Below, in pieces: positions 36,277-46,100 of a stretch of DNA of 64,000 nt; position 1 is the first letter of the stretch; the number at the start of each line of letters is the position of its first letter. The stretch is from Blastocladiella emersonii ATCC 22665 (Eukaryota; Fungi; Blastocladiomycota). The position numbers and the translations under genes are program-made. The notes below the pieces were generated by a model. That model did no database searches. It had not been told where the DNA came from and saw only the letters and a program-made list of their open reading frames with translations. The DNA lies in contig JANHCV010000011.1 of assembly GCA_025594325.1 (NCBI GenBank), positions 620,001 to 684,000 of the forward strand, given 5' to 3'.

Positions 36277-36858
36277 TTCCTGCCATCCTCGATTTGTATA
36301 ACTCTATTGTTTTTGCCAGTAAATTTTCGCGCGCTTGCGCACAGAACCCTTGAATCGCCGTCTCATCTCCAACCCCCACTATGAAATTCCCAAGAAAAAG
36401 CCCCTTGTGTCTGGGTTTTCACGTTTTCCGCCTAAAATCAGCAAAAAAAAAAGCTATCTCATCGTGCCAAACCAGGGCAAATAAGCTGTGAAAATGTAGA
36501 ACAATCTTGAATCCCTCTTATCGATTTACAACCAACTCATAAATTCCTAGTCCAGGGTTTACGTAAAATTAAATATCCAAGGGTCATTCATGCTCTTCCT
36601 TGCACACGCTTTTTCCACAACTACCCAATTCTGGTCGCGCTGGCTCCCTCAAGATCCGTGCAGTCCGCCATCGCGTCAAAGTCATTGAGAAGCTTCTCTC
36701 CAACCTGGCAGTGCATCGCGAACTAGTTCGCGGAATCAAGTCTGCAAGTGCTAAGTCAGCTGTGAGTCAATAGATTGAATGAAAACGCGGGGCCTTGCAG
36801 AAAAAGGCGCAAATCGGGCCAATGGAAAGAATGATCTGTGAGAGCCAGCGGGATGTTC

Positions 36859-37010
36859 TGTAACGGAGCGCCCGGGGAGGGCCGAATACACAATGACTAG
36901 CAAACAAGGATGTATGTGGTTGAACAGCAAGGAGCGAGAACAGAGTGCAAGTGAGCGGTGGCTCAACAATTCAAGACATCACGGCGCAGGTGCCAAACGC
37001 GCACGTGACA
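36859..37010 (-). mobile_element. 3' LTR (152 bp) of the older host chromovirus
   Basis: TGTCACG...CCGTTACA, preceded by the purine tract AGGAGGGGATGGGGGGATAG; shares GCTAGTCATT and CCCTCCCC with the 174-bp LTR. Confidence 0.85.
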
Positions 37011-37835
37011 CTATCCCCCCATCCCCTCCTGCGGCGAGGGTTGGGAGCTGACAGGTGCGCGACATGGAACTTGGCGAGCATCTCGAGGTGCTTGAGGTTC
37101 GCGTACAGCTCCCACGTGTAGTCGGTCTTGGGGCAGTCGTGCCACTTGACCAGGTACTCAACGCTGCGACCCAAAGCCAACCTGCGCGCGTTGACGATCG
37201 CCTCAACCAACCACTCCTTGCGCCCGTTGACAACGTACGGCGCCGGCGGCGGCAGCGTGCGGCCCAGGAACGTGTCCTCGTCGTGCGCGACCACTGGTTT
37301 GACAAGCGAGACGTGGAACACTGGGTGGACGCGCGCCATGGTTGGCGGCGGCTCAAGCTCAATGGCCGTCTTGCAAATGAGGCGCACGATCTTGAGCGGC
37401 TCTGTGTACTTCTACCTGAGCTTGGCCTTGGGCACGTTGACGCGCAGGTTCTTGGTGCTCAGCAGCACCATGTCGCCAACCTTGTAGTTGGGGCCCTTGC
37501 GGCGGCGTTGGTTGGCGTGCTTCTTGTACAGCTGCTTGGCGCGCTTGCCCTTCTTGAGCAGCTGGCCCTGGATGTCGGCGATGCGCTTGGCCAGCGCCGC
37601 GGCCAATGGGGCCCAAACTGACCAGTCCGTCGCCGCTGCCAGCCGTGGGTCTAAGCCATAGTTGACCTTGAACGGCGTCTCGCCCGTTGACTTGTTGCGC
37701 GCGTTGTTGATGGCCATCTCGGCGTACGGCAGCAGCTTGACCCAGTTCGTCTGGTTCTCGTTGACAAACATGCGCAGGTACACCTCGAGGGTCTGGTTCA
37801 TGCGCTTGGTCTGCCCATTGGTCTGCGGGTGGTAC
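37011..37835 (-). pseudogene. Host chromovirus integrase C-terminal part and chromodomain (disrupted)
   Basis: YHPQTNGQTKRMNQTLEVYLR...; in-frame TAG after AKLR; chromodomain WLVEAIVNAR...YLVKWHDCPKTDYTWE. Confidence 0.9.
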
Positions 37836-38009
37836 TGTAAGGTGCCGAGGGGGAGGGTCTTGTGCCACGAGGAATGACTAGCCGGATAATGAAGGATTGT
37901 ATCACGAATGACAAGAGAGAGGGAGAGCGAGGGCAACGCTCGGCTTATGAGGGACTGCGCCACCAGCCCGCGCCACCAGCCCGAGCCATCAGATCACTGA
38001 ACCGTGACA
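37836..38009 (-). repeat. 3' LTR of intact chromovirus
   Basis: 174 bp; differs from the 5' LTR at two CpG positions (plus strand CCATCAGA vs CCGTCGGA). Confidence 0.95.
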
Positions 38010-38029
38010 CTATCTCCCCTTCCCCCTCC
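38010..38029 (-). promoter_or_regulatory. Polypurine tract
   Basis: GGAGGGGGAAGGGGAGATAG lies immediately 5' of the 3' LTR; the pol stop TAG forms its last three bases. Confidence 0.9.
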
Positions 38030-41000
38030 GCGGGTCGGGTTTTGACGGGTTCTGCGCGTGGAACTCGGCGAGCAGCTCGAGGTGCTTGAGGTTCGCGTAC
38101 GGCTCCCAGGTGTTGTCGTCCTCGGGGCAGCCGTGCCACTTGAGCAGGTACTCGACGCTGCGGCCGACCTTGCGCGCGTCGCGGATCGCCTCAACCGTCC
38201 ACTCCTCGTGCCCGTTGACGGCGTACGGCGTTGGCGGCGGCAGCGCGCGGCCCGGGAACGCCTCCTCGTCGTGCTCGTCGATCGGCTTGATGAGCGAGAC
38301 GTGGAACACGGGATGGACGCGCGCCATGGTTGGCGGCAGCTCGAGCTTGACGGCCGATTTCCGGATGAGGCGCACGATCTTGAGCGGCTCCGTGTACTTG
38401 GGCCCGAGCTTGGCCTTGGGCACGTTGACGCGCAGGTTCTTGGTGCTCAGCAGCACCATGTCGCCGACCTTGTAGTCGGGGCCCTCGCAGCGGCGGCGGT
38501 CAGCGTGCTTCTTGTACAGCTCCTTGGCGCGCTCGACCTTCTCGCGCAGCTTGCCCTGGACGTCGGCAATGCGCTCGGCCAGCGCGGCGGCTGACGGGAC
38601 TCGATCCGACTGAACTGGCGCGGCCAAGAGCCGCGGGTCAAACGCGTAGTTGGCCTTGAACGGCGACATGCCCGTTGACTCGTTGACCGTGTTGTTGATG
38701 GCCATCTCGGCGTACCGCAGCAGCTCGGCCCAGTTCGACTGGTCCTCGTTGGCGAACATGCGCAGGTACACCTCGAGGGTCTGGTTCATGCGCTCGGTCT
38801 GCCCGTCGGTCTGCGGGTGGTACGCCGTCGAGAGCTTGGCCTTGATCTCAAGCGACTCGCACATGGCCGACCAGAACCGCGACGTGAACTGCGACCCGCG
38901 GTCCGAGACGATGTCGTCGGGCAGCCCGTGCGGCCGCACCACGTGCTCGATGAAGGCGTCGGCGGTCGTGGCGGCCGTCGGGAGCGCGGCGAGCGGGATG
39001 AAGTGCATCATCTTGGAGAACCGATCGACGACGACCATGATGCAGGTGTGACCCTTGCTGCGCGGCAGGTCCGTGATGAAGTCCATGGAGATCGACGACC
39101 ATGGCCGCGGCGGCGTGGGCAGCGGCTGCAGCTCGCCGTCAGGCCGGTGGCGCGGCACCTTGGCCCGCGCGCAGGTGAGGCACGACTTGACGAACCGCTC
39201 GATCACCTTGCGCATCCCGGGCCACCAGTACGAGCGCGACACCTTCTCGATGGTGCGCTGGACGCCGAAATGACCGGCTACACGCGTCGCGTGCGCCTCC
39301 TCGATCACCCGGGTGCGCGCGACGCCCGACGGTACGTACAGCCGGTCGTCTCGCCAAACGAAGCCGTCGAGGTCCATGGTGAGCGACGGGTGCTTGCCCG
39401 GGTTCCGCTGCATCGACTGCGCGAGCTCGTCCTCCGCCAGGCCGTCCCGAATCGCGGCGAGCACGTCGTCGCCCTGCGTGCCCGCGACGAGCGGCGCGCT
39501 GGCCGCGGCCGTGGCGGCCACCGTGAGCGCCGACGCGGGAACGACAGCGCGGCCGAGCATCGGGTTGTCAAACAGCTCGTAGTCGGCGCGGCGCGACAGC
39601 GCGTCGGCGCGCCCGTTGATTGCGCCGGGCCGGTACGTGAACCGGAACGAAAACCGCTCGAGGAACAGTGCCCACCGCGCGTGCCGCTGCGACTCGACCG
39701 TCATGGTGCGAAAGTGCTCGAGGTTCTTGTGGTCCGTGTACACCTCGACCGGGTGCTGCGCGCCCTCGAGGTGGTGGCGCCAGATCTCGAACGCGACCTT
39801 GATGGCGAGCAGCTCCTTATCCAAGATGGGATAATTCAGCTCCGCCACCTTGAGCGCGCGCGAGTGGAACGCGACCGGCCGCAGCGTGCCCTCGTTGTCG
39901 ACCTGCGACAGGACGCACCCAATGGCGAAGTTGGACGCGTCGGCCTCGACAATGAACTGTTTTGAGGGGTCGGGGTGCGCGAGGAACTGGTCGGACGCGA
40001 ACCGCGTCTTGATGGCCGCAAAGGCCGCCGCCTCGGTGTCGCCCCACCGCCACGGCGTGTCCTTCTGCGTAAGACGGGTGAGCGGGATGGTCAGTTCCGA
40101 GAACTCGGGGATGAAGCGGCGGTAATAGTTGGCGAGGCCCAGGAACGCCTGCACCTCCTTGACCGTCCGTGGCGCGGGCCACTCGGTCACGGCGCGGACC
40201 TTGGCCGGGTCCATCTCGACGCCCTCGGTGGTCAGGATGTGGCCGAGGTACTCGACGCGCGTCACGTCGAATTCGCACTTCTCGAGCTTGACGTACAGCT
40301 TGTTGTCGGCGAGCCGCTGCAGCACCTCCTTGACGAGCGCCGTGTGCTCTTCGGGGTCCTCGCTGAAGATGAGGATGTCGTCCAGGTACACGAGAACGCC
40401 GCGGCGGTCGAGCAGGTCGCGGAACACGTCGTTGACAAACGCCTGGAACGCGGCCGGCGCGTTGGTCAGCCCGAACGGCATCACCATCCATTCATAATGT
40501 CCGTAGCGCGTGCGGAACGCCGTCTTCCACTCGTCGCCCTCGCGGATGCGGACCAGGTTGTACGCGCCGCGCAGGTCGAACTTGGTGAAGATGCGCGCGC
40601 CCTGCACTTGGTTCATGAGCTCCGCGATGAGCGGCAGCGCGTAGCGGTTCTTGACCGTCAGCGCGTTGAGGCGGCGGTAGTCCACACACATGCGGCGCGA
40701 CCCGTCCTTCTTGGGCACGAACATGATCGGCGCGCCGGCTGGCGACCGCGATGGGCGGATGAAGCCGCGCGCGAGGTTCTCGTCGATGGTCTTGCGCAGC
40801 TCCTCGAGTTCGGGCTGCGACAGGGCGTAGACGGGCAGGAACGGCACCTTGGCGCCCTCGACGAGCTCGATCTCGCAGTCGTACGGTCGGTGCGGCGGGA
40901 GCGCGGACGCCGCGGCGGCATCGAAGACATGCGCCCACTTGAGGTACTTGGCGGGCAGCACGCGCTTCGGCGCCGCGTCATCTGGCGCCTCGGGCGGGCC

Positions 41001-41843
41001 GTGTGCCTCGTCCCACGCGAGCGGGTCGAGGTCGACGCGCGGTGCGACCGTGGCCACCGTGACGCGCTGGGCGGGCGGGCACCCGCAGCGACCAGTGCAC
41101 GCGCCGTCAATCGCGACCGTGGCCGAGCGCGGATCCGGCTTCGCGCCGTTCGCGACCATCCATTCGAGTCCCATTATCACCGGAAACGCGGGAGAGTCGA
41201 CGACGAGGAAGCGCGCGACCGAGCAATGAAGGCACGGAATGTCGATGGCGCGACCCGCGTCTCCCACCACGCGCTTCTGCTTGGACGCGTCGCCGGGAGG
41301 CACGACGCCGTCCGCGAACACGGTTTGGGATCCCGCGACCGCCGCGTGCAGGAACTCGGGCGACGTGACGGACACGGCCGCGTGCACGTAATGCGAGATG
41401 TACTGGCGCTGGCCCGGCGCGGAACCGACGACACCGCGGAGGTCGATGCGACGCGCTAGGCGCTTCGGCACGAGCCCGGCCTGCTCGGCCACCCTGCGGC
41501 TGATCAGGTTAACCGGCGCGCCCGTGTCGAGCATCATGAACGTCGGGATCGGCGCCGTGCGGAGCCCTGGATGCGCGAGGAGCCCGCCGAGGTGCAGGTG
41601 GTCCTGCGCCATCTCTAGACGCACAAGTGCACCAAAGTACGCAGCAACAGATTTTCCATTAGTCTTCTTATCATTCATGTTTTGTTTCTTCTTTTTGTTC
41701 ATTTTTTTCTTCTTGTCGGCGGGCACCGACATCTTATCCGCGGCGGCGGCCGCCGTGGCCATCGCCGTTGTACCACCCAAATCCGCAGGTTTTGGCTTCG
41801 AGGACGTCGCGGCCTGCTCCGCTACGCCCGACTGGCGTTTCCC
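38010..41843 (-). CDS. pol: Pol polyprotein (protease-RT-RNase H-integrase-chromodomain), -1 frame to gag
   Basis: LDTGA protease; YLDDILIFS RT; EADASNFAIG and TDHKNL RNase H; HATRVAGH..CLTC zinc finger; MDFI/SDRGSQF/TERMN DDE core; C-terminal chromodomain EYLLKWHGCPEDDNTWEP. Confidence 0.95.
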   Translation of the reverse strand, partial: GKRQSGVAEQAATSSKPKPADLGGTTAMATAAAAADKMSVPADKKKKMNKKKKQNMNDKKTNGKSVAAYFGALVRLEMAQDHLHLGGLLAHPGLRTAPIPTFMMLDTGAPVNLISRRVAEQAGLVPKRLARRIDLRGVVGSAPGQRQYISHYVHAAVSVTSPEFLHAAVAGSQTVFADGVVPPGDASKQKRVVGDAGRAIDIPCLHCSVARFLVVDSPAFPVIMGLEWMVANGAKPDPRSATVAIDGACTGRCGCPPAQRVTVATVAPRVDLDPLAWDEAHGPPEAPDDAAPKRVLPAKYLKWAHVFDAAAASALPPHRPYDCEIELVEGAKVPFLPVYALSQPELEELRKTIDENLARGFIRPSRSPAGAPIMFVPKKDGSRRMCVDYRRLNALTVKNRYALPLIAELMNQVQGARIFTKFDLRGAYNLVRIREGDEWKTAFRTRYGHYEWMVMPFGLTNAPAAFQAFVNDVFRDLLDRRGVLVYLDDILIFSEDPEEHTALVKEVLQRLADNKLYVKLEKCEFDVTRVEYLGHILTTEGVEMDPAKVRAVTEWPAPRTVKEVQAFLGLANYYRRFIPEFSELTIPLTRLTQKDTPWRWGDTEAAAFAAIKTRFASDQFLAHPDPSKQFIVEADASNFAIGCVLSQVDNEGTLRPVAFHSRALKVAELNYPILDKELLAIKVAFEIWRHHLEGAQHPVEVYTDHKNLEHFRTMTVESQRHARWALFLERFSFRFTYRPGAINGRADALSRRADYELFDNPMLGRAVVPASALTVAATAAASAPLVAGTQGDDVLAAIRDGLAEDELAQSMQRNPGKHPSLTMDLDGFVWRDDRLYVPSGVARTRVIEEAHATRVAGHFGVQRTIEKVSRSYWWPGMRKVIERFVKSCLTCARAKVPRHRPDGELQPLPTPPRPWSSISMDFITDLPRSKGHTCIMVVVDRFSKMMHFIPLAALPTAATTADAFIEHVVRPHGLPDDIVSDRGSQFTSRFWSAMCESLEIKAKLSTAYHPQTDGQTERMNQTLEVYLRMFANEDQSNWAELLRYAEMAINNTVNESTGMSPFKANYAFDPRLLAAPVQSDRVPSAAALAERIADVQGKLREKVERAKELYKKHADRRRCEGPDYKVGDMVLLSTKNLRVNVPKAKLGPKYTEPLKIVRLIRKSAVKLELPPTMARVHPVFHVSLIKPIDEHDEEAFPGRALPPPTPYAVNGHEEWTVEAIRDARKVGRSVEYLLKWHGCPEDDNTWEPYANLKHLELLAEFHAQNPSKPDPRRGKGR
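41785..41843 (-). promoter_or_regulatory. -1 ribosomal frameshift signal: G GGA AAC plus predicted pseudoknot
   Basis: Slippery heptamer (41843-41837) in gag frame; 7-nt spacer; stems GGGCGU/ACGUCC and GCGG/CCGC; loop GCAGG complementary to downstream CCUGC. Confidence 0.8.
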
Positions 41844-42898
41844 GACGACGAGCGCGGGGGCGACGGGCAATCAGCCGCCTTGTGGCCGTAGCCCTTGCAG
41901 TTGTAGCACCTGATGTCGGTGAGGGCGCGGCCCTGGTGCGCCGCCGCCCGCTGCCGAATCGCGCCAACGTCCATGGCGTCCGGGTCCGGGACGAGCTTGG
42001 CCGCGACGCCCGTCGCCCCGCCCTCGTGCACCAGGAAGTGCTCGACCATCTTGTCGAAACGGTAGCCCTTGCGCAGCGAGGCGAAGGCCACGTCCGCGGC
42101 CAGCGGCGAGTTGCCGGCCGTGACCACCAGGTAGAACTGCATCGCCAGCTCGCTGAGCGCGCGGTAGCCTGCACCGGACGCGGTCTGGCGGAACTTGGAG
42201 ACGAAATCGCGCGCCGGCATGGCGCCGCGCACGTACTTGAGGTTCTTGAGCTCGTGCGCGTACTCGGTCTCCGACTTCTCGGCCGGCTGCGTTGACTTGA
42301 CGAGGGAGATGTAGGCGTTGAACGAGCCGTAGTCCTCAAACTTGGACCCGGCCATCGCCAGCTCCACGGCCTCGAGCACCTTGCCCGTCAGCTTGCCGTG
42401 GAAGTGCGCAATCTTGAACTTCTCCGGGACGTTGAACGTGAGCTGGAGGATGCTCTCGTACTGCGTGATGGCGCTCTTGACCTTGAAGTTGACGCCGTCA
42501 ACCGAATTCATGCGCATCAGCGCGTGCATCGCGGCCGGCGTGAAGCCATCAACGCCCACGCCCGGCCCGCGCGCGCTGCTGACCTGGATGCTGTCGAGCT
42601 CGCCCTGCAGGATACCGTTGAGCGGCTGGCTCTGCTGCGTCTGCCGCAGCTCGACCTCGAGCGCATACGCGCGGCGCTCCGCCGTCTCGGCGCGCCGCTC
42701 GGCCGCGACCGCGCGGGCCTCGGTCGACACGCCCAGTTGCCAGTAGTCGCTGGCGACGTTGAGCGCGAGGAAGACGAGCTTGGCTTTGTCCTCGTACGGC
42801 ATGACCAGGTCGCGCCACGGCGCGAGCTGGTACTCGGGGACAATGGCCGCAACGTCAAACGTCGCCAGCTTTTCGAGGAACTGTGCCGGCGTTATCAT
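41822..42898 (-). CDS. gag: Gag (~358 aa) with CCHC zinc knuckle
   Basis: First ATG after the PBS is at 42898; PDPDAMDVG motif and CYNCKGYGHKAADC knuckle before the stop. Confidence 0.9.
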   Translation of the reverse strand: MITPAQFLEKLATFDVAAIVPEYQLAPWRDLVMPYEDKAKLVFLALNVASDYWQLGVSTEARAVAAERRAETAERRAYALEVELRQTQQSQPLNGILQGELDSIQVSSARGPGVGVDGFTPAAMHALMRMNSVDGVNFKVKSAITQYESILQLTFNVPEKFKIAHFHGKLTGKVLEAVELAMAGSKFEDYGSFNAYISLVKSTQPAEKSETEYAHELKNLKYVRGAMPARDFVSKFRQTASGAGYRALSELAMQFYLVVTAGNSPLAADVAFASLRKGYRFDKMVEHFLVHEGGATGVAAKLVPDPDAMDVGAIRQRAAAHQGRALTDIRCYNCKGYGHKAADCPSPPRSSSGNASRA

Positions 42899-42941
42899 TT
42901 TGCCGTCGTGGAAGAAATCACCGCTCGGAGGGGGTTTTACG

Positions 42942-42950
42942 GTGATACAA
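42942..42950 (-). promoter_or_regulatory. Self-priming primer-binding site (Tf1 type)
   Basis: TTGTATCAC starts 2 nt after the 5' LTR, lacks the TGG of a tRNA PBS, and is exactly complementary to GTGATACAA inside the LTR (43022-43014). Confidence 0.75.
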
Positions 42951-42952
42951 AG

Positions 42953-43126
42953 TGTAAGGTGCCGAGGGGGAGGGTCTTGTGCCACGAGGAATGACTAGCC
43001 GGATAATGAAGGATTGTATCACGAATGACAAGAGAGAGGGAGAGCGAGGGCAACGCTCGGCTTATGAGGGACTGCGCCACCAGCCCGCGCCACCAGCCCG
43101 AGCCGTCGGATCACTGAACCGTGACA
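42953..43126 (-). repeat. 5' LTR of intact chromovirus
   Basis: 174 bp, TGTCAC...CTTACA; internal 13-bp tandem GGGCTGGTGGCGC x2 and a CT-rich tract before the predicted transcript start. Confidence 0.95.
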
Positions 43127-46100
43127 GGTACGCCATCGAGAGCTTGGCCTTGATCTCAAGCGACTTGCACATGGCCGACCAGAACCGCGACGTGAACTGC
43201 GACCCGCGGTCCAAAACAACGTTGGTGGGGAGCCTGTGCAGCCGCACGACGTGCTGGATGAAGGCCTTGGCGGTTGTGGCAGCCGTCGGGATCGCAGTGA
43301 GCGGGATGAAGTGCATCATCTTGGATAACCAGTCGACCACAACCATGATGCACGTCATGCCCTTGCTGCGCGGCAGGTCCGTGATGAAGTCCATGGAGAC
43401 CGACGACCCTGGCCGCAATGGCGTGGGCAGCGGCTGCAGCTCGCCGTCAGGTTGATGGCGCGGCACCTTGGCCTGCGCGCAGGTGAGGCACAACTTGACA
43501 AACAGGCCAACCTCTCGGCGCATCCTGGGCCACCAGTACGACCGCTCGACCAGGTTGATGGTGCGCGCGACGCCAAAATGCCCCGCGACCCGCGTCAAGT
43601 GCGCCTCCTCAAGCACGTGCGTGCGCGCGACGCCCGCGGGCACGTACAGCTTGGCCTCGCGCCAGATGAACCCATCGAGGTCGACCTCGAGCTGCGGGTA
43701 CTTGGCCTGGTTGCGCCGCACCTTCTGCGCGGACTCGTCGTTGCGCATGCTGTCCAGAATCGCCGCGCGGGTCAGGTTGCCGTCCTCCTCCCCCTTGCCG
43801 TCGCCCGCCAACGTGCCCAGCGTGGCGCCGACCGTGAGCGACGTGGCAGGGACGATCGAGCGGCTGAGCATCGGGTTGTTGCGCGCCTCGTAGTCGGCGC
43901 GGCGCAAGAGCGCGTTGGCGCGCCTGTTGATGGCGCCGGGCTGGTACGTGAACCAGAACTTGAACCGCTCAAAGAAAAGCGCCCACCGCGCTTGCCGCTG
44001 CGACTCGACTTTCATGGTGCGGAAATGCTTGAGGTTCTTGTGGTCAGTGAACACCTGGACCGGGTGCCGCGCGCCCTCAAGGTGGTGCCGCCACACCTCG
44101 AACGTGACCTTGACGGCAAGCAGCTCCTTATTGAGCACCAGGTAGTTGAGCTCCGCCGCCTTGAGCGAGCGCGAGTGGAACGCGACCGGCCGCAGCTCGC
44201 CTGCGTTGTCGCGCTGCGCCAGCACGCATCCAATGGCGAAGTTGGACGCGTCCATCTCGACCACAAACGGCTTGTCGGGGTCCGCGTGCACCAGCACCCC
44301 GCCTGTGGCGAACTGCGACTTGATGGCCTCGAACGCCGCCGCATCCAACTCGCCCCACCGCCACGCCATGTCCTTCTGCGTGAGCCGCGTGAGCGGCAGC
44401 GCCAGTTTCGAGAAGTCGGGGATGGAGTTGCGGTAGTAGTTAGCGAGGCCAAGGAACGACTGCACCTGCTTGACCGTCCGTGGCACGGGCCACTCCGTCA
44501 CGGCGCGCACCTTCCCCAGATCCATCTCGACGCCCAACGTACTGACCACGTGCCTGAGGTACTCAACGCGCTGCACATCGAACGCGCACTTCTCGAGCTT
44601 GACAAACAGGTGGTTGTTGAGCAGCCGCTGCAGCACCTCCTTGACGAGCGCCGTGTGCTCCTCCTGCGTCGCGCCGCCGTAGATCAAAATGTCGTCCAGG
44701 TACACCACAACGCCGCGGTCAAGCAGGTCGCGGAACACGTCGTTGACAAACGCCTGGAACGCGGCGGGCGCGTTCGCGAGACCGAACGGCATCACCAGCC
44801 ACTTGTAGTGGCCGTAGCGCGTGCAGAACGCCGTCTTCCACTTGTTGCCCTTGCGGATCCGGACCAGGTTGTACGCGCCGCGCAGGTCGAACTTGGTGAA
44901 GAACCGCGCGCCCTGCAGCTGGTTCATGAGCTCCGAGATGAGCGGCGGCGCGTACCGGTTCTTGACCGTCAGGTTGTTGAGGTGGCGGTAGTCAACGCAC
45001 ATGCGCCGCGACCCATCCTTCTTGGGCACGAACATGATTGGGGCGCTGGCCGGCGACTGCGACGGGCGGATGAAGCCACGCGCGAGGTTCTTGTCAATGG
45101 TCTTGCGCAGCTTGTCGAGCTTGGTCTGCGACAGCGGGTAGATGGGCAGGAATGGCACCTTGGCGCCCTCAACGAGCTCACTCTTGCAGTCGTACGGCCG
45201 GTCCGGCAGCAGCGCGGACGCGGCCTTGGCGTCAAACACGCGCGACCACTCAGCGTACTTGAGTGGCAGCGTGACCTTCGGCGCGTTGCCGCCGTCGTCC
45301 GACCCGTTGGCCTCGTCCCACTTGTCCGGGTCAATGTTGGCGCGTGCCAACGCCGCGGCCACCGTGACGCGCTTGCCTGGCGGACAGCCGCAGCAACCTG
45401 CGCAGCCGCCGTCAATCTCAACCTCACGCGCGCGCGGACGCGGGTCCGCTCCATTTGCAACAAGCCACTCAAGGCCGAGGATCACGGGAAACGCGGGCGA
45501 GTCAACAACCAGGAACCGCGCGACCAAGCAGTGGAGACACGGGATATCGATCGCTTGGTTGGCGTCACTGTCTTGGCGGTGCGGCGGAACGTACAGCTCC
45601 GGTTTCCCGCCCTTGGGCGGCACGACGCCATTGCCAAACATGGCCGTTGTGCCCGCGAGCGCCACATGCATGAACTTGGGAGACGTCACCAACACAACCG
45701 CCCGCACGGCGTGCGTGATGTACTGCTGCCCCGCTGCAGCCCCAACCACGCCACGCAAGTCGATCCAGCGCGCCAGACGCTCCGTCATGAGCCCGATCCG
45801 CTCGGCCAGGGAGCGGCTAATGAGGTTGACGGGGGCGCTTGTGTCAAGCATCATGAATAAGAGCGCTGGCGCCTTACTCAAAGAACCCAGACATGACAGC
45901 GCGCCGCCAAGATGAAGATGAGCTCCTGGCGACAACTCTAGACGCACGACAGCACCAATGTACGAAAGGAGGGCATCTTCATTAGTCTTTGTCACAACAC
46001 CAACAGCGTCAGCTCCAAACGCGCCAACTTCCTCCTCCTCGACAACTGCCACTGCGGCCACCACTTGCGTACCACCACCCGAATCAGCAGGTTTCGGTTT

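Larger units (their letters stand above)
19735..37491. repeat. Left arm of giant inverted repeat (at least 17.7 kb; outer end not determinable in this window)
   Basis: ORFs and features here reappear reverse-complemented in 46243-64000 with coordinate sums of 83733-83735; identity stops at 37491/46243. Confidence 0.97.
37836..43126 (-). mobile_element. Full-length, apparently intact Ty3/gypsy chromovirus (Tf1/sushi-like), 5291 bp
   Basis: 174-bp LTRs at 37836-38009 and 42953-43126 (2 mismatches), TG...CA ends, GGTAC/GGTAC TSD, PPT, and open gag and pol frames. Confidence 0.97.

Noticed and set aside
37498-37506. 9-bp TGCGGCGGC present near both inner arm ends (also 46233-46241)
   Set aside because: It is a direct repeat, the wrong orientation for an inversion template switch, and such GC-rich 9-mers are common here.
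41860-41875. The symmetry axis of the IR (41867) falls almost on the gag-pol frameshift site
   Set aside because: No mechanism links them; the position depends on the length of the inserted element, so it is probably coincidence.
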